The notes under the pieces are model-generated. The model searched no databases. It was not told the origin of the DNA and was given only the letters and a program-made list of their open reading frames with translations. From NCBI GenBank assembly GCA_951406725.2, contig OX597816.1, positions 86,862,001-86,926,000 of the forward strand: a DNA stretch of 64,000 nt, given 5' to 3'. Of the stretch, positions 53,248 to 64,000 are shown piece after piece. This stretch comes from Octopus vulgaris (lineage: Eukaryota). Both the position numbers and the translations under genes were made by a program. Position 1 is the first letter of the stretch, and each line of letters opens with the position of its first letter.

Positions 53248-53587
53248 CATACATACATACGTACGTACATCTAACTGCTTCGAAACCTCCAGTTTGTATA
53301 CCCAGATTATAATTCACATTCATACTAATAATAATTGATGCACTTTGTATTGTAAGAAAATACCTAAGTGAGAATCTAGATTAGCTAATGTTTTCAGAAA
53401 AAGAAATGAACCAGGGAATTGGGACATTACAAATACAATCTGTAATTGAAATAGTAAACATAGCAAGACTTTTCTAAAGTTTAGAATGTGATTTATTTTT
53501 TGTTATCTACATCTCAATAACAGAGTTTTGTATCTTTCTAACAAAGCATCTCCTTCATAGTGTAACATTTCAACTAATTAAAAACAT

Positions 53588-53746
53588 AGGCGCAGGAGTG
53601 GCGGTGTGGTAAGTAGCTTGCTTACCAACCACATGGTTCCGGGTTCAGTCCCACTGCGTAGCATCTTAGGCAAGTGTCTTCTACTATAGCCTCGGGCCGA
53701 CCAAAGCCTTGTGAGTGGATTTGGTAGAAACTGAAAGAAGCCCGTC

Positions 53747-53813
<67 letters not shown>

Positions 53814-54028
53814 TGTGTCTGTGTCTGTCCTCCCAACATCGCTTGACAACCGATGCTGGTGTGTTTACGCCCCCGTTACTTAGCAGTTCAGCAAAAGGGA
53901 CCGATAGAATAAATACTAAGCTTACAAACAATAAGTCCTGGGGTCGATTGGCTCGACTAAAGGCGGTGCTCCAGCATGGCCGAAGCCAAATGACTTAAAC
54001 AAGAAAAAAAGAATAAAAGAGTATAAGA
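53588..54028 (+). mobile_element. SINE family A, full length with internal (TG)n
   Basis: ggcgcaggagtggcggtgtggtaagtagcttgc..ggttcagtccc..taaaggcggtgctccagcatggcc. Confidence 0.92.
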
Positions 54029-56074
54029 GAACATATATACTCATAAATATATAGTTATGCATACATGTAATGTATATGATTATGAATATGTAATCTTCAA
54101 GAATATTGTCTATGTTCTTAGGTATATATGTATAAACATAAGTACACAGAAATATGTGTGTGTGCGACTGTGTGTCTGTGTGTGCACGCGCTTGTACGTA
54201 TATATATCTATATATGTATACACACATGCATTTTACTTAGGTGTATTTCTTCAACATTTTTTATTGAACCTCTGCAAGTATAAAAGGCAAAAGTGAAAAT
54301 GGAAGATATGTTCGTAATTACCAAATCCGTAATTTATAGTTGTTAGTTTCGTAGTTCTTTCCCTATACATTCCTGTCTGATTATCCTAAATTGCTTTGAA
54401 AGCATGCTTTTGTACTAATATAACCTTGTCAACGAGTTTTGAAAATTATCTGTTCTTTAGAGCTAAGAATATGCAACGACTTCAGTTGATATAAAGGTGC
54501 ATTTGTCCAAAAGAAACATTCTTAATTGATGGCAGAACGTGGGGGAAACTGCTTTTCCAATCGAAACTATTCAAATTAGGAGAATCTAATTCACCTGTCT
54601 TCCATACGGAGAGAATCTGAAATGCCGTGTGATTAATAAAAATATATTATAGAAAGATAAGAGTAATCAGAGATAGGGTAATCAAAAAGTATGACATCCA
54701 GCTTTAAGACAAAACACGATAATCTGATTTTTAAAATTGTTAATTCATTGGTTTGTTTTTCCTGTCGCAGCCAAGGCCTCGCTATTTTTCTAATGTTGTC
54801 AACCCATAATGCTACCAGACTAAGCTCAACTAGAATCTTTCTCAGAAATTGTGATATCGGAATGCAATATCTCAGAAGAAAATACTCGAAGAGAATAAAG
54901 ATTAGTGCAAACAGGTTAGGAGACTTGTGGTATAACTCACCAACACCTAAAATAAGATTTTGGTGAGGTTTCTCGAACCACATCACTGAAACAACTTCAT
55001 CATTGAGAAATCTTCTATACAGATGCCTAAGCTACTAGAATTAGCAACAAAGGATCCTGAAATTACTCTCTGCATTGGACTATTTAAGTCATTCGTGTAC
55101 GAAAAACGATTGATTATGTAAGGCATACTTTTGCTCAGAGATCTTCTACATCAAGACTGGCCTGCATCTGAGTAACGATATCTAAGTTTTCCGGATTGCA
55201 AAGGAGGGGATCTTTCAAATCAGGAGGAAAATCCAGACATAATGTTGCCTCTTATCCTACCGAACTTATCTATTTCAACAAAGATATGGAAAAGAATCAT
55301 TCTATATACCACCAATTGGAATGCACGCAATTGTTTTCAAGATAGTTGAGGATTATGCAAATAATGAAATATAATGTAACGTCATTTCAATAAGACATAT
55401 TGAAACGAAGTGAATTGGGACTTCACTTGAGACACAGAATTCTTATCATATTTCGTATTTATTCTTTTGAAATCGCAAACTGAAATCTTTCTACAAAATT
55501 TCTATCAAACAAGAGAGAGAGAGAAACAGAGACAAAGACAGAGAGAGAGAGCGAGAATCGTATAGATTGTGTCACATATCTGGGGAAGACAGTACACATG
55601 TGATCAGCATTTGCCCCCAAATGTCATCAAGATACTGCGTTTTTTATGCGATATGACGTTATCGGTGAAACAATATACCATATCATCTACACCATTGTTC
55701 GTGTCTAAATTCCAGCGTTGGAGATTTCTTTATTGCTTAGAAAGCAGTCCATTCTTTAAAAGAAAGAAAGACAGCGCACATACATACGTAAATAAATGCA
55801 CACATGATTTCATACAATCACACATACAGACTTCGGTTTATTTTATTAATACCAGTACGGCCTTGTAACAAAAGAATAATAAGCCGATATTTAAGCTTTA
55901 TCGTATTGTCAGCTCTGATTTGTTCAGTTAGTATCAGGTTTTTACAAAGTTATCGATGGTTTCTTTTGTTGCTAGTATACTAATAGTCGTTGTTTCATTG
56001 TACTAGTTATTGCTTTCCTTATCGCATTTGTCATTCCACCCTACATAATGGCACACAAAGAGACACGCATACGT

Positions 56075-56575
<501 letters not shown>

Positions 56576-57138
56576 TTTAAAGATAAGAAACACAAACTTT
56601 TGAAAATTGCTAGGTCTTGGTGACGAAAACGTGAATTCGAAATTTACGTATTTATATAATAGAACGTCCTCAAGAAATATATTAGATTGCATAAAGTTGT
56701 GAACTTATCAATACGTTGGTGTGAAATCATATGAACAACACGATAAAAGCAGGGTAACACATACGTCCTTTATACAACCGATATACATCTGTGCTCTATA
56801 TGTGGTGTGCGTGTGTGTGTGTGTGCGTGTGCGTGCAAGATTGTGTACAATATTGTGTGTTTTTATAAATATGAATGCGTTATGAAATGTTGTAGTTTAT
56901 TTAGATATTTTCGAGGCATGAAAAGAAGAGAAATAAATAAAATTCGAAAGATACATAATAATGCCTTCGGAGCACATAAGAAGCAATTATCTCGAAATGA
57001 AAAGTAGAATTTTCACAGACACACAGACACACACAGACAGACACGACACACGTATACACACGTTTCATATGTATATATGAGTGTGTGTGTGTTTGCGTGT
57101 GTGTGTATGTGTGTGTGTGTGTTTTGAATTATATATAT

Positions 57139-57187
<49 letters not shown>

Positions 57188-57198
57188 TAATTATATAA

Positions 57199-57229
<31 letters not shown>

Positions 57230-58804
57230 CACTTGTATGCGTGTATGGCTGTGTGTGCTTGTATTTGAGTCTCTGCGTGAGTTTGTACATATGCACATTC
57301 GCGATTGTGCATATGCGTAAATCTTGAAGAAATTATTGCATTATATATTTCATCATACAGAAAGACATGCATACACGCACGCAACATACACCTACACACG
57401 CTCATTCATGTATACACACATACACGCATACATACATTCACGTATTCATACATGTTATACATACGCGCATATAGGCTCGTATGTTTACACCTGTACAGAC
57501 ATAGGGACACGTAGAGGTGCGTACACGTTATCTCTCAGCAGGAATACAGAACTTCAAGAGAAGAACTTCAGTGCAGAATATCAGGCGCTTAATGAAATTC
57601 CTTACATAAGCAGAACAACAATTGAGTGAAAGAAATCTAATAATGTCCAGATTATAAATCGAGATGTTTGAGAAATTCACAGTATTAGTGTTCCAATATA
57701 CATATCACTAGAGGCAAGCTAAGCTTGTATTTATACATGTATATGCAGGCATATGAATAGATACATACATTTATACATGCCGAACAATAATAGCAGCTAC
57801 TGCGGTAGTAACAACATTCTCGCCATCATCTAATGTTACGCACACATAGCTGACAATTTTCTTAATGATTATCAAGTAATGCAGAATGAAGTGAAGAGGG
57901 AAAGCCTAGAGCATAGAAACAAAGAAAATACAATAGAGATAAATATTTTGGCATCAAATTGTGCAATGCCCTTCACAAGCAAGATAGATATATTGGATTA
58001 GGCAGTTTTTAAAGCGTTAAATCTTTAATTTAAAGTGGTGATGTACATGCCATTCTGCAGTGACACTAAATGGGAGATGTATACGGATAGAAATAGTATC
58101 ACAGCACGTGCTCAAATCGATAAACATATCTATGGATTCTATAGTGTAAGGTCTTACGCTTTCAGAAACAGCACCCAGTGCGTGATTTTCTATCTGCTCA
58201 TTTACTTGTGTGGGAATTTTGAGGATGAGATCTGGATGGGATAGTAACACTCCAGAGACAATTTCAGCCATGTATATATGTGTATATATAAATGTGTGTG
58301 TGTGTGTAAGACGAAAGAGAGAGAGAGAGTGAAAGGGATAGAGGGAGGTACATATATGATTGCGTGATTAAGATATTTGTTTCCTAACCAGGTGGTTCGC
58401 ACAGCACTTTAGGTAGATCTCTTCCGCTATAGCCTCGGTCCAAGCTATGCTTTCATTTGTGCTGGTAGGTGGGGTAACCAAGTGCTACTTCATTGAAGGA
58501 AATGTATCATCTTGGAGAGGTGGAAACAGTACCGAAGCTCATCTCTTGATAATTTTTTTGTGCAGTGTCCAAGTTTTTCATACATATGATAGCGCCGGTT
58601 CGAACGTTGCAATCAACAGTTTGATTTTGATTTGCCTAAGCAATTTAGAGTTCCATGACAGGCTGTCTGTACCTGTACCTACCTAAGCTTGATGTCTGCT
58701 TCAGAACTGCTCACCAAACCACCTAAGCACGTGAGGTCTTCAGCAACATTCTATTTGGAACCGCCCAAAGCAAACAGTTCTGCATCACTTGATTGGTTGA
58801 AGGC

Positions 58805-59121
58805 CAACTTTGAATTTTACGAGCTATGGACTCGTACAAAGTTTGAATTGTCTCCAAAAGAATTTTTGTCCATTCTTCACCTAAAACAGTCTCCAGTTCT
58901 TGTAGTGATGATGGTAGGGGATATCGCCTCCTTACTTGTTTTTCTAAAATGCACCATAAATGTTCGATAATATTGAGATCTGGGGACTGTGCTGGCCAGA
59001 TAAGATGTCCAACTTCACTAGAATATTCCTCGTGCCATTTAGTAGCAACTTTAGCTGTGTGAATTGGTGTATTATCATCCTGAAAGACTGCGTTTCCCTC
59101 TGGAAACAGTTCCGCAACCAT
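58805..59121 (-). mobile_element. Tc1-family (DD34E) transposase C-terminal fragment
   Basis: VFQDDNTPIHTAK..WPAQSPDLNIIEHLW. Confidence 0.92.
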
Positions 59122-59129
59122 ATAATCAA

Positions 59130-59305
59130 AAAAAGAAAAAAGAATAAGACAGGTGGTGTAGACAACAAACAGATGTATTAATATAACGCTCGGGAAATGA
59201 AAAAGTCTTTAACGTTTCGAGCCTATGCTCTTCCAGAGAAAGGAACACAAAAAGAAAACAAGTAGAGAAAATAAAGAATGTGTAGCGGCTACCGATCTAT
59301 CATAT
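59130..59305 (-). mobile_element. Penelope-like 3' fragment with a hammerhead-like relic
   Basis: ctggaagagcataggctcGAAAcgttaaag on -; related to 22678-22876. Confidence 0.55.
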
Positions 59306-59530
59306 GGTTGGCAACCAAACTTCTTACCACGCAGCCAGGTAAGTTTTGATGAATGTTTGCAAATATTAAACAAACTTCTTTTTAAAATATTTTTGTTTCC
59401 TCATTAGTGGATGAGATGGTGATGAAGAAGCTTTTACATATTACAAGACTAGGACTCAGGATAATGTCTATTATAGTATCACCTAATATAATTTATATGT
59501 GCTTTCACAAAATTCATATTAGAAAAACTC

Positions 59531-59745
59531 AAGGCGGCAAATTGACAGAATCGTTAGCACACCGATCAAAATGCTTAATGATATTTCGTCCATATTTACG
59601 TTCTGGGTTCAAATTTCGCTGGAGTCACCTTTGCCTTTCATCTTCTATAGGTCGATAAAATAAATACCAGTTGAGCACTTGGGTCGATTTCATCGACTCA
59701 GCCCTTACCCTAAAATTGCTTACCTTCTGCCATAAATGAAACCAA
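59531..59745 (+). mobile_element. SINE family B
   Basis: aaggcggcaaattgacagaatcgttagcac..tttgcctttcattc..gtcgataaa. Confidence 0.8.
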
Positions 59746-60199
59746 TATTAAAAAAAACTGGAATGGTATCCATCTCAAGAATCATTCTTGCCTCTATATT
59801 TTCCAATGAGTCTTTTGCACTATGACTGAAAAATTACTTGCAATATGAATAGTGTAAGCTTTATAATACAGATATGTCTACCAGTTATTCTTTGTTAACA
59901 CTATAAATGTATAAACACTACCTTTGCAGGTTGATATTCTGAAAAAGTAGTCAAGCATCTTATTCCAATCACCGAAACGTATAGGTATGAATTAATTCAA
60001 TGATTTTTTCCTTGTGATACTTAATTTTTATATGTGCTCTATGTATGTTGCAGCCTGAGCGCCATGGCCTTACAGATGTGTATCTATTATCATGAATTCA
60101 GTTTTCCGGTGCTTATATATTCCATTGTCATGAATCATACGAAGCTCTAAATAAATGGTTCCCTGTTACATTTCAATGAGAGTATATAAATATATAAAC

Positions 60200-60372
60200 G
60201 AAGAACAAACACAAAAAGCAACAATGCAAGAACGTGGTACATATTAATTATTAGCAGACGCTCGGGGAAGGAAACAAAAGTGGCTTTACGTTGGAGCAAA
60301 GCTCTTCTTCCCAAACAGCTGAGTCCAATAGAAAACGAAGACGGAAGGAAAAAAATCGCCAACGATTCACAT
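60200..60372 (-). mobile_element. Degenerate copy of the 22678-22876 Penelope-like fragment
   Basis: caacaatgcaagaacgtgg..gacgctcggggaagg..acgttggagcaaagctcttc..gaagacggaaggaaaaaaatcgccaacg. Confidence 0.55.
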
Positions 60373-61099
60373 GTGGTTACATTTTGATATATATATATAA
60401 AGATTTGAAAACATATAATAAATGCACAAACAGAACAGACCAAGAGCAAATGAGTCCATTCAGCTCTTTAACTACGCATCTTCGAAATGGTAACTCTAAA
60501 TAAGACCTGCGCCGTGATAAAGCTAATTGGCTCGTGGCACTTATTGCACCAGACAAATTTAAGTTTTAAGTACGAGGAAATGGAACTGGCTCTGCACAGC
60601 CTATTCCTGTTATAACAATATTCATCGCTCAAGTTGTTTAGTAGATCAAGACATCAGCACCAAGGCCACCACACTTCCCATCTCTTCAATGTCGATAAGG
60701 AAGGAGTCAACGGGGGTGTTACAGGAAATTTTTAGCTTTGGCCCAGCACACGGGCAACCATAGAGTCATGATCATTTTTAACTATCTTTTTGAAACTTCA
60801 TTCGTGCAAGCGAAGACAGTGTCCACGTCATGTGCATAGATCTCAAATGTATACTTAGTATCGTAATCTGCGCGTGAATTTTAGTTCTCATATTTGGTAT
60901 TACTGTGAGTATGTGGGAGCAATGTATGAATAGGTATAACTTTGGTTAAGTACATATACGCTAATAAACACATTTTCACAACCAAAACTTACGCATATCC
61001 ACATTCAAACTCACAAAGATGAGATTGATATTTTGAGTAAATAGTGCATGTTTTCTATACAGATACACATATATAAGTACTAACAGATTGGTAGATAGT

Positions 61100-61129
<30 letters not shown>

Positions 61130-61130
<1 letters not shown>

Positions 61131-61146
61131 ATAGATAGATAGATAT

Positions 61147-61229
<83 letters not shown>
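61130..61229. repeat. (GATA)n microsatellite at the 3' end of LINE copy 1
   Basis: Direct reading of the sequence. Confidence 0.95.
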
Positions 61230-61230
<1 letters not shown>

Positions 61231-61398
61231 GTTTCTTTATTGGCCACACAGGGCTGCACACAGATGGGACAAGTTACAAGGTAGAGCTTTTCTTTTGGGG
61301 GATGAAAAAAACAAAAAAACAAAAGAATAAAATAGGGGTGGCGTAGGTTTTCGATCAAGAGGGATCGTAAAAGGGAAGAAAAGAACAAAAAAAAAAAA

Positions 61399-61441
<43 letters not shown>

Positions 61442-62741
61442 AATAAAAATAAAAAAGAATAAAAAGAATAAAAAAGGAAAAGGAAAAGGAACAAAAGAAA
61501 AGAGAAATGAAAAAAGAAGAAAAAAGGGGAAAAAGGGGAAGAGGAAAAAAAAGAACGATCAATAGGGATCGTGTATCACAGTGTTATGATATATGGTGTA
61601 AAGAGGAAAGCAAGTAAGGTTTATCCGTGGGAAGAAAAGCCTACGAAAAAGACCACGGTAACCTTGGTCAATATTGTTATATGTTACCACATTTGTTTGC
61701 AAGTGGGTAACCCTCTGTTTTCAATTTCTGGGTTTATAGGATTATGCTCAAGGTGGCTTCGTCATTCATACGTGCCATCCTTGCTACATTCACCCATCTT
61801 TTTTTAAAACATTCGCTAGACAAAACTTGCCTCTCTACTCTCACTTTCCTTTTCAAGTGGTACTTGAAGAAGTTGATGAGAGATTGACCAGAGAGGAAAG
61901 TGTTTGTCTCCAATCCTTTCAGACGCGTCCACCAGATACATTCTTTCGCCATAGCCACAAGGATGATGAAAATAGCTCTTCCTTCCCGTTTGACGGAAGG
62001 AGGCGTGACAATATTGACGATAGACTCAGCTGATAAACCGACTCATACCACACGTGACAGCAGTTGTTCGACATAAGCCCACAGGTCGGAAATTGTTGGA
62101 CACTGCTCGAGTGCGTGCAGAACGGTTTCGTCGCTCTGACCGCATCTCGGGCAGGTCGGCCCCGTGTTTCTCGAGCCGTGTCTGTAGAGCTTATCCCGAA
62201 CGGGTAGCGCTTCTCGGTAACACTGCCAGGCCAGGGATCTCTGGAAGTTGTCCATGGGCCCTGGCCCGAAAGTCGTCCTGAACAGGCGGGTCAAGTACTC
62301 CTCGTCGGCGTCCAGGTTCTCCCCGAGCTCGTCGTCGTACCTCCCCTCCACTAATCCCCTATAGAATGCTTTGGTTGTGTTGAAGTCACTCAAGGTCGAC
62401 CCAGAACGGCAGAGTTGCTTGAGAGCAACGCGACACTCGCGGTGCCATTCGCCCTTCCTCGGCCTCTTTTTGATCCACGACTGCAGTTCGGTCATGGAGA
62501 CGAGCTGCGGGAAAGCGTGCCTCACAAACGGCGACCACACCTGTTCACCGTCGTCTACATAGAGCCAGAGATGTCGCAGTCTCAGCGCGTGTCTGCGCAT
62601 CATCAACCACGGCATGCCCAGCCCTTCTTTTAACGGGTGTTGACAGCAAATGGATCGCCTGACCATCGGGACGCATCCTTTCCACAAGAAGCGAAAGAGA
62701 ATGCGTTGTAGTTTGGTGATGGTAGGGTCGGGACAAGGTAC
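61230..62741 (-). mobile_element. Young 5'-truncated L1/Tx1-like LINE, copy 1 (ORF2 C-terminus with one nonsense codon at 62043, plus 3' UTR)
   Basis: FRFLWKG..VRRSICCQHPLKEGLGMP, CPRCGQSDETVLHALEQC (zf-RVT); same frame resumes to the stop at 61734; aataaa near the 3' end. Confidence 0.92.

Positions 62742-64000
<1,259 letters not shown>

Overview
AT-rich eukaryotic, repeat-saturated intergenic or intronic DNA. The dense (TA)n/(TACA)n/(GATA)n/(TAA)n microsatellites and tRNA-derived SINE families look like an octopus (cephalopod) genome; this is inference from composition and repeat types. No intact, recognisable host protein-coding gene is present, and most listed ORFs are microsatellite translations ([12 protein letters not shown]). 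Real content: four SINE families; mariner/Tc1 relics, two of them with an inverted duplication of their own 5' end; a decayed hAT; CR1-like, R4/Dong-like (RLE) and L1/Tx1-like LINE pieces; and a possible decayed Polinton/Maverick segment. The most notable signals are three. (1) Two young Tx1-like LINEs lie head-to-tail, each ending in (TATC)n, suggesting GATA-microsatellite targeting; their ORFs are about 98% identical but their 3' UTRs are much more divergent. (2) Many minimal hammerhead-ribozyme-like motifs from several repeat families occur (Penelope/retrozyme-like), including an inverted pair in a 340-bp palindrome. (3) An ~840-bp, ~25-bp-periodic array has a conserved CATTACAA core and variable spacers. 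All assignments were made by eye and coordinates are approximate.
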